DNA of 63,270 bases, the filler included, from Intoshia linei (taxonomy: Eukaryota; Animalia; Orthonectida): NCBI GenBank assembly GCA_001642005.1. It is 4 parts of 4 records of this genome, joined end to end, with 100 filler letters (N's around TTAATTAATTAA, not from the genome) between each part and the next. Parts side by side here need not be neighbours in the genome. Positions count along the whole stretch, not along the records: positions 15,374 to 27,659 come from LWCA01001091.1; positions 27,760 to 49,294 come from LWCA01000640.1; 2 more parts are not named here. One strand, 5' to 3'. Positions 24,801-39,000 of this stretch are shown one piece after another; position 1 is the first letter of the stretch, and every line of letters starts with the position of its first letter. The notes under the pieces are model-generated. The model had not been told where the DNA came from. It did not search any database and was given only the letters and a program-made list of their open reading frames with translations. A program made the translations under genes and the position numbers.

Positions 24801-26985
24801 TTTTCACAGTGCAATAATAAACCTAGTGAATATATAAATATGATTTACCGATATATGATAAGTTGTAAATTTAAAGTTACATAATTTGAAAAAACTCGAA
24901 TGTTAGTTTATTATTTATTATTTACAAATGTCATAAAAAGGAGTAAAAAAGTAAACAAATGTGTTTTCACAATGATAAACTAGACTGAAAATTTAGTGTG
25001 GAGAAGTTGTGATCATATACATATAAATATTTATTAAAATGTACACAATTTACAAGTGAAAGTTTTTTCTGAATTTATCACCATCAAAATTATTGGGAAA
25101 TAGATAATCTGGAACAAGAATGATACTATTTACAAAAGTATATGGAAGGATTCTAAAGTAAAAGGATGAAAATACTAAATAAACTTAATAAATAAAAGTT
25201 TTCTTCAATGATACTACGATAGTCGACATTTTGAGCATAGAATTCTTTAAAATGATCATTGGAAAGAACGAGACCCTTAGTGCGCTTAGCATATTCGAGA
25301 ATAAAGCTACAATATGGTTAATAAGATGGATACAATTAAAAAATACTGATCATCATACGACTTTACAAGAGTCACACCAACACGCCGACTAGGAGTTAGA
25401 TTAAGAAAACCTAACCGTTCAACTTTTTAATGAGTATATTACTCTCCTTATTATTCTCCATGCTATCGTTTTCATTTTCTAATCAAAAATTAATCAAAAA
25501 CATATTTTGTTTTTAAGCAATAAAAGTACTACTTTTAGTACGACAAAAATATGGTCAGCCTAACTAAACACTTTAACCACGAAACTAGACCCATTTATCA
25601 CATTAAAATAAACTATTACAAGTATGCGACATTAGATCCGTCGATGTTAATGTGTGTCACTTTTGGAGATTTTTCTGTAATACTGATTGATTGAAATTCT
25701 GGTTTTTCAAATTTAGGTTTCTGTATTTGGTATTTGTTTCCATCTGCTTGGCATTTTTTTACATTTTTACGTGATAACGGTAATTTTTGTATACATTTAC
25801 GTATTATAGAAATACGGTGGAATATAGATTTTTTACTTTTTCTTATTAGTGGAGTCCTTTTATTGTTATATCCTTATCCTTATATATCTATATATAGTCC
25901 TTATATTGACTATTTTTATTTTTTAAAAAAAGGACATTTTGGGTTATTGATCGTGAAAATGTAAGATTTTGAAATTTATCATAATGTTTATGATTAAAAA
26001 TCAGATTGTGTATTTTTTTATAATTTTAAAAAGAGAGATAATTAGGGTTTTTGAACTTAAAGTACTCCATTTATGAAAATGACATTCGCGATAAAACAAC
26101 GCCCTCGAAAAACTAATAGAAATATAGAATATTTAATTTCTACTCATAATTTCTTAAATAAACTTTATATAAGTAATGATTATTGCGGAACATAGTATGA
26201 TCCGCGGTTCATATGTTGAAAATATAATATTGTAGTGTGTGCTGGTTGCGCATTTGGGTACTATTAATTGAAATTCAATGTTGTTAATACATTTATATTT
26301 AGACACGAAGATGATAAATTGGATCTATGGACAACATATCTTAATTTGGAAAATGGATTTGGAGACGAAACGTCTTTTCAAAAGGTTACATTTTAAAATT
26401 TATTGTATTTTTGTATTTATAAATTTTTAGCTTTTTCAAAGAGCTATTAAATATAATGATGAATATTGTATTTTAGAAAGAGTGGTCCAAATATTTTCAG
26501 ATTCAAAAAAAATGAAAGTACTTTTTTTATTTTATTGTTTTATTAATTTTTAGGAAATGGAAATTGTATTCAAAAGAATGATGAAAAATTTTCGACATAA
26601 TAAAAAATCTTGGATAACAATTGGATCGATTTACATGCAGAATAATATGCTTGAAAAGGCACGAAATACTATGCAAAAAAGTTTGAAAAATATGACAGTT
26701 TCAGAACGTAATTTTAATTTAACTATAATAATGAGTAAAATCCAGTTAGTCTATCATTGATATACATTTTGAATGAGAAATCTGCATACTACTTAAAATA
26801 ATCCGTATAAATTGGTACAGTCCGTTCAATAATAATAGGAATTTTCGTTTATTGCAGTTTTCTCAGCAGTTAATAGACTTAGAATAATAAAAATCAGTAA
26901 TGTGCTGGACAATATTACTTAAATACGAGATATCAATATATAAATTGAAAAAACAGAAAGGATTAATTAGAAAAAGCATTTTAGT
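18833..26985 (+). CDS. PDCD11: RRP5 homolog (S1 repeats + HAT/TPR repeats); 3' end uncertain
   Basis: Exons 18833-18922, 19833-23005 (S1 repeats: VLGCVKDV...VSLPNGLEGFI; EPATVEDFEKFVLAEPNNSINWIKY), 26303-26384 (DKLDLWTTYLNLENGFG), 26431-26517 and 26554-26707. A possible further HAT exon lies near 26900-26985. Confidence 0.9.
19144..19255. mobile_element. Small hAT-type MITE (TIR CAGGGGTGCACAACC)
   Basis: GGGTGCACAACC...GGTTTGTGCACCCCTG; the same right end and internal sequence occur at ~51255-51321. Confidence 0.55.
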
Positions 26986-27129
26986 AATTCGATAACATTT
27001 ATAGGCGTTCATTTAAAATAGGAATTATATTTAATTTTTAAACTATACAACTTATATATCTAAAATTATCTATAATTTAAGGCTAATATTTTGTGTTATC
27101 ACCTTTATTCTCTAAAACAGCCAAAAATC

Positions 27130-27659
27130 GTTAGGGCATAGATTTTATAAGATATTGTTTTATTATTTCTCCGTTATCATTGTTGCATTTCTCCCACGCC
27201 AAAAGTACTGTCACTCGAAGATCATTTTTGTTATTATATTGTTTGTTACCGTTATGATATAATCTTAAACACATTATACCAGAAATTTTCGATCATGTTC
27301 AGATCAGGACTCAATGAAGGATGGTTTATTAGATTAATGTGGGCATTTTCAAGCATTTTCATGGTTGTTTTAGTCTTATGTACCGATGCATTGATATATA
27401 GGTAAAAAGTGCTCCGAAAGAATATTTTGGTAAATTTCTGCATTCATTGTTCTAGGAATTTCAACCAAAGTACTGTGCATATTTTTAATGATTGCTCCCC
27501 AAAACATTGAACCTCCTCTTGAACAATTGACGATTTATTTTCCCAAATTTTTGAGTAGATATATCTTGCCAAGCCTTATCACAGCTATTCCCATCTAATG
27601 TAAAGAATTTTTCGTCCGAAAACCAAACATTTTCCCAATCGGTATTATTAGTAATCATT
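27130..27659 (-). mobile_element. Tc1/mariner (Tc3-like DD34E) transposase remnant
   Basis: WENVWFSDEKFFTLDG, NASVH and HPSLSPDLNMIENFW motifs; frameshifted; cut by the gap. Confidence 0.85.
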
Positions 27660-27759
27660 NNNNNNNNNNNNNNNNNNNNNNNNNNNNNNNNNNNNNNNNN
27701 NNNTTAATTAATTAANNNNNNNNNNNNNNNNNNNNNNNNNNNNNNNNNNNNNNNNNNNN
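27660..27759. other. Artificial contig spacer
   Basis: N44-TTAATTAATTAA-N44. Confidence 0.97.
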
Positions 27760-29954
27760 AAAGAGTTATTTGTTGACGAATTCTAAAACGATTGGATTTG
27801 TTTATGAAAAAGTTTAAGTGTACCCATTAGCTCCTTTAGTCATTGGACACCAAATAGATGCTGTAATATATGTTACGCAATGTTAACCAAGTATTCAAAT
27901 AATGGTCGTTCCATTACATTTTCTCAACCAAGATCATAGTCAGAACCCAAGAATCACCCAAAGGACTGTTTCTTCTGTTTGGTTGTTAAATTAAATTTCA
28001 AATTAAGACATTTACCACTTATGAATGAATACCCTGATATTCTTTCATCAAAAAAGCCTATCAGAACAATTAAAATAAAAAAGGACAGTTCTATTGATGA
28101 ATTATATGAATATAATGTTAACGATTCTGATTATGCTGAATATGTTGAAAGTAATTGTCTATCACAATCAGAAATAGACAATAGTATTGCAGATTTAAAT
28201 TTATCTATAGAAAAGTCAGAATATTTAAGTAAAAAGTTGAAACAACATAAATTAGTTGAAAAAAATGTTACGTCAACTTTTCACAGATTAAGAAATAGGA
28301 TTTATTCAAGATTTTACATTGAGAACGACGGATTATTTTATTGTAACGATGTAGATCACTTAATGATAGCTTTAAAAATAAAATATAAAGTATCTGACTG
28401 GTATGTATGTATGGATGCATTTACAGATAGCTTAAAAGTAGTCTTAATAGATAGTAAACATATTTACAAAATCTATTGGAATACAACAGCAACAAATGAA
28501 GTATAATGTGTGATCTAAAAATGGTTACATATTTAACGGGAATTCAAAGTGGAATTACATCATACCCTTGTTTTCTATGTCTATTCAATGCGACTAATAG
28601 AAATCAACATTATATTACACAAAACTACGAAAAAAGGAATATTTTTACTTTGAATTGTCATAACTATATGCGTTAGCCATTAGTACCATACAAAAATATA
28701 TTGTTGCCTCCCTTACATGTGAAATTATGTTTGTATTCTCAATTTTTGAAAGCGTTTCAGAAAATAGGAGATAAGTCTTACTTGGTTAATCCTATAATAA
28801 GATCAATATTACCACGAATTTCCAATGAAAAAATTTTAAAAGGCGTCGTTACTGGACCCAATATAAAAAAATTAAAAAAAAGTATATTTGTTGATTCTAT
28901 AAATATATTAATGATATACTATGAATAATATACTTGAAAAAAAAACATGACTGAGTATCAATGGCGTATGTGAAAATTTTCTTGGGAATAATAGAAGTGA
29001 AAACTACCTAAATATTATCAAAACTATGCTTGCAAATTTTGAACAAATGAATGTTCTTTTAAGCTATAAAGTACACCTCATAATGTGTCATTCAAGTGTT
29101 TTTCCCTTAAACTGTGGTGCATTTTCTGATGAACATGGTGAAAGATTTCATCAACAATTGAAGGCATTTGAATCGAAATATAAAGGAAAAAACCCTAAGA
29201 ATATGATGGGAGATTATTTATGGATCATTTCTCATTTATCTAATAATTTTTTATGTATTCTTAATAACATTTTATGTACATTGTACATTTATGTTATTAA
29301 TGTTATTTTCGCTTCTTTGTGTTTTAGTTTTTTATGTCCAATTTGAATTGATCAGTATTGCTGTGAAACCATGAAAAAGGTATTTTGGTGACATCAATTT
29401 TGCATATCATTTTTAGGAATGAAATAATCATTTATAAATTATTAATTTTTATAATTAATAAATGTTACTTTTTTACATATTTTTATATCTAGGCTTAATC
29501 TGACTTGGATAAATAATGTCGTATGGTTCATTAGAAAGAGAATAACTTGATGTAACAAATCTAAATCTCATTTTCAGGAAGGCAGAAAAAAATCCAATCC
29601 AAACAAGGATTTGTAAAAAAATGTATATCTTTTATTTGTAATCGAAATTTCATTTTTTTTATATATTACAAAATATTATCTATTGATAAACAAAAAATAT
29701 ATAAACTAATTTATTTAAATGTTATTTGAGGTAATATTATCACAAGAACCCATTTTAATATTTAAAAAATAAAGTTAAATTTACAAAAATAAGGGTTTTT
29801 TAAATTGTCATAATGGGTTCATTTGAATTAGAATCAAAACAATTTTTACGATGATGTGTTCATTGTTAGATATTCTAACATTAGTAAATAAAAAATTAGT
29901 AAGTAATAAAAATTTTCAGGAAGGCAAAAAAAAATTTCATTTTGTTGGACAGTG
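27760..29954 (+). mobile_element. Chapaev3-like (CMC/Transib-related) DNA transposon, degenerate
   Basis: HPKDCFFC, YCNDVDHLM, SLKVVL, CDLKMV...YPCFLC, LPPLHVKL, GPNIKKL, FLGNN, KVHLIMCH, GAFSDEHGERFHQ and MMGDYLW. Right end ...TTTTGTTGGACAGTG (CAC..GTG termini). Family name is recalled from motifs. Confidence 0.65.
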
Positions 29955-30161
29955 AATTATTCACTTTAAAGTAAAAAGTAATGTGATATTATAGTTCCAC
30001 CTGACATAAATTTGGAAACCACTCCTTTAAAAGATTGATAATAGTGAATAGTAGATTTTTTAAGTTAAATTTTCAACGTGAATTTATTTTTTAAGTATAA
30101 TAAAAATGTGCCCTCGGCAGAGCTAGGTTCTGTTTGTACGTAGTACATAACAGTTAACTAA
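29955..30161 (+). repeat. 3' terminal module of the Helitron-like family
   Basis: Matches 33912-34124 and the reverse complement of 12943-13145. Confidence 0.7.
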
Positions 30162-33100
30162 TTAAAAATAAAATGATAACATACACTTGATAAAAGAATC
30201 AGTGTTTTTTTGAATTAGTAGATTTATGGTATAGTTATAATTATCGACTCCTTGACCATTATCTTGAAACATTTTTTTACTTTCGCTTTCTGTTAATCCA
30301 GAATTTAAAAGATCAATTAGGTCAAAAACAGCCAATTCTGCAAGTTGGCTTTTTTTACAAATTGTATCAAAAATATCATGACAAGATTTCATTATTATTT
30401 TTGCAAATTCTTCCGTGTCCATCGATTCTTCATTCTGAATACTGAACAATTCGGTTTCAGAAACTTGGTCGAAAATTTCCATAATTCTACATTCCAGGAT
30501 ATCTCGTGCATTTTTCACTATTTTTTTCAAATTAGAAAGAGATTTTCTACTATTGAGCAAAAAATTGCTTATATTTAATGAAGACCACGATAATCGATCA
30601 CATCCTTGTAATAGAATTTCTTCAATTCTATGTATATACGGTTTCAAGAGGATTAAAATTGTACTGGGTATAGAATCTACAACGGTTCGATGTTCTATGA
30701 TGAGATCATTCAAGTTATTGTAATTTTTTATTATTCCAGATTCTAAACTGATAAAAAGATTGGCAGTATCAGAAAGTTTAAATTTCATTTCTTTGAGATA
30801 TCTGGCTTCTTTTATTAATTCAATTATTTGAATGTCAAAATTGACTTTAAATGTATTTTCCGATATTTTTATTAAAATTGGAGAGTTTAGAGATTTTTTG
30901 GATATTTCGATGGCTCTGCACCAACCCCGATAATACAATAACTCAAACTCTGTCAAAATTTTGGCAAGTTTATTATAGTTTTTAATTACTTTATTAGCTT
31001 CGCTAATTTTCAAAATATGTGGCATTTTATTAAACACTAACATGGGTTCTTCTATTCTTCTATACAACAACCGAGACCACGTTATTTTTCCACAAATTGG
31101 AGGTAAATAATGAGATACAATTGGTTCATTTTTTAATTTCATATAAATTTTTTTTATAAGTTCTAAATCCTTTCCATATGATAAAAATACTTTGACATAT
31201 TTATCTTCTAAATTCAAATGATCTTTTCGAATAATGTAAAATTTTTTTAACAAAATCAACGATTTCTCTGTAGATAGAGATTTTTGCAGCCACCCATCTA
31301 TAAACTTGTGAATTAGTGTCTTCAAATTTAAAAATTGATTTTTCATATCGCCATAGTCATTTTCAAATTCAGGTCTTCTATGATCCAAAAAATCGTATGA
31401 TTTCTTTTTAATCATATCCACAATGCTTTTATATTTTAGGTAAATTGTATCTATCCCTTCAATTGATATATTTTGAATTTCCGAAAAAGAGTCAATGTAA
31501 TCTAATAAACTGAGAACGAGATTTATTCTTTTACAAAATGTGTCAATCTTTCCGAATATGTAGTTTTCACTAATTTCATTTTATTATTTTTAAGGTTATT
31601 AGATATTTACCTGAATTCGAATTGCTTTTCATTTGGCAGTTCACTAAGATTTTCTTTAACCTTGTGGAATTCTTCTTGGTATGCTTCATTTAATTTTATG
31701 CAATCGTTCATTCTTTTTTTCATTTCATCGCTAAATGTTTTTAGGAAAAATATCATTAAAATTACCTGGATAATTCCCATATTCGACTAACTCCAAAGTT
31801 TATATATCTCTTTGAAGTTTTAATCATTTGGTTAGTCACTTTTACAAATAGAGAAGTCATTCTCTCAGATGTATTGTAATAACTAGAAACGGTATATATC
31901 ATACGAATCACTTTTATTAAGTTTGGAAGAAAAATTATCATGTTTGTCTAAAAAATATGTAAATACATTTTAATTCAATTACCGGATCATATTTTGATAA
32001 CGGGATCAAATATTTTTCTAATGTGTAAAGGTATTTTACATTGTCATTGGCTTCATTTGCTAAATCTGTAATTTTTGCATCCTGAATTTAATTATTAATG
32101 TGAGGGTTTTAGATGAAAATATACCATGATTTTCCAAGCATTGAAAGATTTTAGTTTTGCAATGTGCGCTAATATTATAACCATTTTCACATTTTTATTT
32201 TTCATTTTTTGTAATAATCTTTTGCGAAATTAATTAATAAATTTTTATTTTTATACGTATTAAATTGCACCATCCTATTTTTCCAATACTGCAATTCTGC
32301 ACTTGGACCCACATCGTCTGCTTCTCGTCTAATTTGTTCAGATTGTGCTAATACTTGTTCTATTTGTATATTCCATTGTTGTAAAACTTTATCTATTTTT
32401 TCAACATTATCGCTGTTTGTAACTAAAAATATTAAAATTATTCCTTTCTATATTAAATATTATATATGAGTTACGTATATTATACGTCATACAATTAGCT
32501 AAGTGTCTAATTTAATACAAGTAAATCAATAATATTACGTGATTGTTGATATTCAGATGCAGATTCCAAATTACTTATATAATTGTTAACTGAATCAGAT
32601 GATAATTCAATGTGCCCAGTCATATTTTTGTTAGCTCCCGATAAATTTGAAACAAAATTTTGCAACTTGTCCATAAATTCACGTACTTTTAAGTCTTCTG
32701 AGTTTAATTTTTCTCCCCATATCTAATAATATAAATAAATTTTATATTAAAATATTATAATGTATAAAGGTTTTTGTATAAAAATGATAACATGAAGAAC
32801 GTAAAAAAGTTATGGGGACTTGATAATGAAAAAAATTTTTATGTTCAACAGACCAACATTTTGGTATTTCTAATGTGAACCGAAGAAATATGGACATGAG
32901 TATGGTCAAATGGAAATTATCTGTTTTATATACACACTGTTTTTACATATATATAAATTAATAAACCGTTAAATAGTAATAAAAATAAAAAAAGTGTAAT
33001 ATAAGAAATATTAGACATGTAGTGATCGCACACCGTGAAAAATGACGGTATTCATCTTTTTTTATAATTTTTTTTTGATAAAATAAAATTGTCACTTGAA

Positions 33101-34894
33101 TATAGGAAAAAATCGTGCGTATATAAAATTTCAAAAAAAATGATTGATTAACATAATAACATAATTCTAACAGTTTTTTCTCTTTGACATTAATGATTTC
33201 GTCAATAATCAAGAGTTTAATAGACTTGTCAGTTCTAACAACATATCATTCAATATCCAGATTAATTTAACCATAAAAAACAAAATAAAAGTATTGGATG
33301 AGTGTAATAAGCTTTTACTATGAAGGTTATCTCAGCTATTTTTATAGTTTTCAAATTTTTAGTAAAACTTATCAAATATGATATTCATTATCAATATATA
33401 CGAAATATTGTGAATTCAGACATAATAATACATTAATATTTCAGTGTTGATCAACCAGTGGGTTCACGAAAATCTAAATGGGCCAATGAATAATTATTTC
33501 CCTCTTCATATATATATTATTCATAGTGAAAAGTTAATATTAATTTAAAATTAATTAATTTTAAGCATTTTTATTATGTATCTTAGTTTTTTATTTCAGA
33601 AAATTTCAGTGACATTCAGAAGAAAACAGGCCATAAAGGTGAAGATGAGACGTCTCAATGATTTATCACATTGAAAATGACAAAATAGGTTTTTATAATT
33701 TATTTTTTCTTGAATTTATCCTATTTAGGACAATTTTTATGATTGGACTGTTTTTACTTTATTTTTGTTTTATTTACTATTATTTTATTATTACGTTTTA
33801 TTATTTATTTACAGATATTAATAGAATGATTCTGTCTAATAAATTAAAAAAATGTATTAACAATTGTTTTTAAAATTCTACACGCAAATGTTAACAAACA
33901 AAAAATTAAGATGGAATAATTCACTTTAAAGTAAAAAAAGTAATGTGATATCATGGTTCCACCTGAAATAAATTTAAGAACCACTCCTTTAAAGAATTGA
34001 TAATAGCGAATAGTAGGATTTTTAAGTTAAATTTTCAACTTCAATTTATTTTTTTGGTATAATAAAAATGTTCCCTCGGCAGAGCTAGGTACTGTTTGTA
34101 CGTAGTACATTACAGTCAACCTAGTTTTTAATTTTTTAAAAATTGTAAATACCGCTTGACATTGAAGAGCCGGTATCATTATTTTTTCAATTGTATTTTG
34201 AATACTGTCGATTAAAATATTTTGATCAGCAAGTTCAGTGCCAAATACAGTATCAGAAACAATATTTTTGTGTGTAATAGGTTTTTCAGGTACAATTTTT
34301 AAAAAATAATAGCATTTTCCATAATCAAACTGAAAATAAAAATTAATAAAAGTAATGATAGTGACTATTATTAAGTAACTTTATGTATTACATATTTATC
34401 CCTTAAAATATATATCTTTAAAGGGCTTGCAGATGTTTTCTATATATTAAATGTATTATTATAATAAATACTGTTACATTTTGCACAATGAAGCTAATTG
34501 TATTTGGCCCAGACACTGCAAAAAAATTGTCTATTTTGTCAAACTAAATTATGATTTAATTTTGATTTAATTAAAACAAAAAATAAAAATTACATTTTCA
34601 TCTATTAATACCATGTCTTGTACAACATTGATCTCTACTTGCAATGCATCGGCGAGCTAAATTTCTATATAATAAAATTTATTATAAAAATACCTTTGAA
34701 AAAATAAACTGGTGGCGATTATCTATCTAAACTCAAATATAAATGTTTATTAATTTAATATAATAAATTAATAAGTTTCCATTATTAAATTATATTTCAT
34801 TATAATTTTATAACATATTTACAGTATTTCTTCTATCCTCCCTAATAGCCTTATTATATTTTTGTTTTTCTCGTAAAGTTTCACTTGACACCAT
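30162..34894 (-). CDS. Axonemal outer-arm dynein heavy chain (DNAH5/DNAH8-like), N-terminal tail (~850 aa, DHC_N1) only
   Basis: Exons encode [11 protein letters not shown]...[110 protein letters not shown] and [23 protein letters not shown] donor follows 30185; no motor-domain exons are in the window. Confidence 0.9.
33912..34124 (+). repeat. 3' terminal module of the Helitron-like family (in dynein intron)
   Basis: Ends GTACGTAGTACATTACAGTCAAC-CTAG|T. Confidence 0.7.
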
Positions 34895-36077
34895 ACCACC
34901 TTTCTTTGTGCTCTATTAATATAATATAATATGAATCATGAATGACATTTATAATAAGTTTTTTTATCGCCATTCTTTTTTTAATTACGAATACATTATT
35001 ATCAAGATATAAATATATATTAATCTATGTTATATTTGAGTAGCAATAATTTAACGCTTTACAAAACATTTAACAATATTGACTTTTATTGAAAGTTTTA
35101 ATCAATATAAATCGATAGTACTGTTTAATACATTGTAATTAAAATTACAATTAAGAGTTAATATTACCAAGATTGACGAAATAGGTAGATAGTCTGAGTA
35201 AATTAATAATAGTTTAATAGTTTTTAATTTTAAAAATAAATGTTTTATTTAGATTAATATTAAAAATACCCTCATAGATTTATTTTTTGAATCTTCTAAA
35301 TCACCTAATATTTACATTTTTAGGAAATGATGAAATTACCGGTAGGTAAATTAACAAGTGGTATAGAAACTTCACTATTCCTCTTTTTATTTTTAGCAGA
35401 CATTTTTAAATATTTTTTAAAATTTAATCTAGTTCAAGTTTGTGTTGCGTTTATTTGATTAGCTACTGTGCAATAATATTCAAACCTGCAAAGCGAATTA
35501 AAATAATCAGGTTGACAACCGGTCCTAGATTAATAAAAATCGGAATGCTTTAATATACAACACTAATATCAACTGTATTTGAGACAAAAGACATAATTAC
35601 AATAAAAAATTTAACATTCGTTTCGTTGTATGCATTTGCACTCTATTAATAAAAAATAAAACAATGGAATTAATAATCCACATAATAATCTGTAAAACAA
35701 GGGTTGTTATTGTCTGGATCATGAGCAATTCTTTTGTATAAGCAGTTATTGCTTCCACACATGACATTTTAAATAAATCATCGGTTGGTCTTCTTTAAAA
35801 ATTATTCGAATATTCCAACCTCTGAGATTTTTACAATTTTTTTTACCTGCGTTTTATTTACTTTGTACTATTTTCCGTTGTAATTAAATCCATGACATTT
35901 GATATTCCACTAAATGACCATTACCGCGATTTATATTTGATATTTTTAAAAAAAATTAACATCCCTTTTTAGGGTATATTTTTTGTTGCTCAAAAATAAA
36001 TAATAGAAGAAACCACTGCATAATATAAAATTATATAATATATGTAGTAAATTTTAATTTATAAACAAATTTATATA

Positions 36078-39000
36078 TTAATTATTTGCATTTTTATGAA
36101 TGCCGAGATAAGTCTCATCAGCATCGTCATCAGGGATATCGGAAAAACTAGGACTCTTGACGGGTATAATGTCCCTTGATCTCATTCTTGTAAAACACAT
36201 AAACAACACGATTATTGTAATAATTATGCAAATTACAATGAAACCAATTATACCCGTTAATATCAACCTTGACAAACGATTTATCGAATCTAAAAGTAAT
36301 ATTATCATAAACCTTTGTACAATGTACATTTGTATTTGCAAGTTAAAGTACCTAATGTATCATCTTTGAGAGTACAGATTGCATTATTATTAATTATTTT
36401 ACATATACTGAAATTGTAGTCGCAATACAAGTCCTTGCACTGACTAGAATCTACACAGTAATTTATAATTTTTGCATAAACTTACATTCAATGAGCAATT
36501 TGAATTTTTCGTTTACATCGCACACAACTGGCAAGCTTTCATAACAGTATTCAATTACATAATTTTTATTTATATAATTTATATGCTAAAATGAAATTTT
36601 AACCAATAATATAAAATTACCGCCAATTTATTATTGTTGAATATAACTATATCAGAATAGCCGTTTAAGGGTTCAACGGCGTAAATATTCAAATTGGTAA
36701 TGTTGACTGTTAATATAATTTTATTATTTTTCAATTAATTTAAATTTACACAACATGTGAGATTCCAGATTAATAGTATTGGTTAATAGAATTGTTGACA
36801 TAAATCTATAGATATTGGAATTGGTATTCAAAGTTATACTATATGTCCTATCTTTCTTTAAAATTTCTAATGTTTTAAATAAAATTTAATTATATATCTC
36901 TTATAACTTCAATTATCAACTTTTGGCCCCTTTGAATTTTTTTGTAATCATTTCATTTTTAAATTTAAAAACTAAAAAGTAATGTCAAATTCAAGTTGAT
37001 TATTTTGATCAAATTATTAAAATAATCGATAGCACTGTGTTTTTAACACACAGACAGACAAACATATAGTTTTATACAGTTTCATACTACATATGTATAT
37101 AAATATGGATATTTTAAATCTTTTAAAAAGTATTTTATCAAAATCAGGTTTAGAATTCACCCGTCGGTTGTCCATTATATATATAAATATGTATCGAATA
37201 AATTTACCAGATGACTCAGATAGTCCAGTTATTCTGAAATCCATAGATAGATAAATTAATTTAGTTACACCTAATTTGACAAATAAATATTATTAATAAA
37301 TGGGTGTCTACTTAAATCCAACCATTTTTACTAAACATCAAAATTTATCAACCCTTTTGGAAAAATTCCAGTTTTACAGTTTCATGTTTTCTAAATAATT
37401 AAAGCATCATACCATCGGAAACGTTGATCAAACCATGTACTCTTATCATTGCAGAACTTCTACTTGGTAAAAAAACAAAAAGGGCAACTTAAATCAATTC
37501 CTTTATAAAAAAATTAAAAATTTAGCAAAAGTTATCGAACTTCAAGTTATGAATGAAGTTCGAAAAAGCCTAGTAAATTTAGTTTACAATTTGACGAATC
37601 TACTGATGTGTTTGTAAGATATGTTGTGAATGATAACATTAATGAGGAATATCTGTTTTGTCAGTCATTAAATAAAACTACAAGAGAATCGATGTATTCA
37701 AAATAAATTATATATAAATTTTTTTATGGGCCCCATAATTTACTTTGGCCCCCAAATAGAAAAATTTTTACATAGTCCCTTGATTTTTCTAGTGACCCTT
37801 TGTTATATTAGTGGCCCATATTATATATGACTATGATAGCTTTAAATGTGATATTTAGTGGTTTTTGGTGTAGTATGCTTAATATCTATCCATTTGTGAT
37901 TGAAATTGCCCTTAAAGTAATTATTACTTTTGTTACAACATAGTTTTGTGAAACTGGATTTTCTATTCTAAAAAATTAAAAAAAAGAAAAAGGAATAAAT
38001 TAGATGTCCGTGCCGGTATGCGAGTGAGCCTATTAAAAACAATGTGAAGATTTAGCTACTACTTGAAATTAGCTCACTTCTTATTTCAAAGCAACAATAA
38101 CGATCCCATTAAAATTTATGTAAATAAATTTGTTCAATTGTTATGTAAAAGTTTTCCGCTACTACTTTTTCGTCTATTTTCTGAGTCTTTAATAGTATAT
38201 TTGAATAGTCTATTTTTTATTTATGAATTTGGTGGTATGACAAGGGCTACTACATTTTTCGATATTTTTCAATGGAAAATAGATAATATATCCACGGATA
38301 TTGCAGTAGTAATTACAAAGCTTTTAGTGAATATGATAGTTGACACGTTTTCATTTTTATAAAGGTCTGAAGTAAGTACAGACAGGGTAGTGGAGAGGGT
38401 CATATGTCCTGTGTCTACAATCATCAGGGCCTACTTTTTTAATTTATTAATAGGTATTGATGAAAAATTTCTTAAGTATATCATAATTTCGATAATCAAT
38501 GCGATTTCCAATAGTTATTTTTAATTTTTAGATAATGAACGTTCGATTAATTAATGTATATAAGTTCATTTTTAAAAATTTTTTTATAGTGGCCTATACT
38601 TTCCATCGAGCCGGGGCCTACTGCTGCCTCTTTACGACCATTATTATCACCAAATCAGCTTTAATTCTTAAATTTTATTCGTTTAATTTAAGTAACTAGT
38701 TAACACTTCATTTATAATAAATATTGTATTAATTGATTTTTAATCAGTGGCGCACAGTCTTTAAGATCAATATTTGGGGTGCATAAATCAAAAAGGTTAA
38801 GAACCACTGCCTTAAGGGTTGATATAAATTTGATTTTTCTATAAAGAGTTTGTAAAAGCTGGTTTTTTCCCTTAAGGGTTGGTAAAATTGGAATTTTCAC
38901 TTAAGGATTTGTGAAAATAAAATTTTACCTTAGAGGTTTGTAAAAGTGGATTTTTCTCTTAATGATTAGTAAAACTGAAATTTTCCTTATAAGGTTGTTA

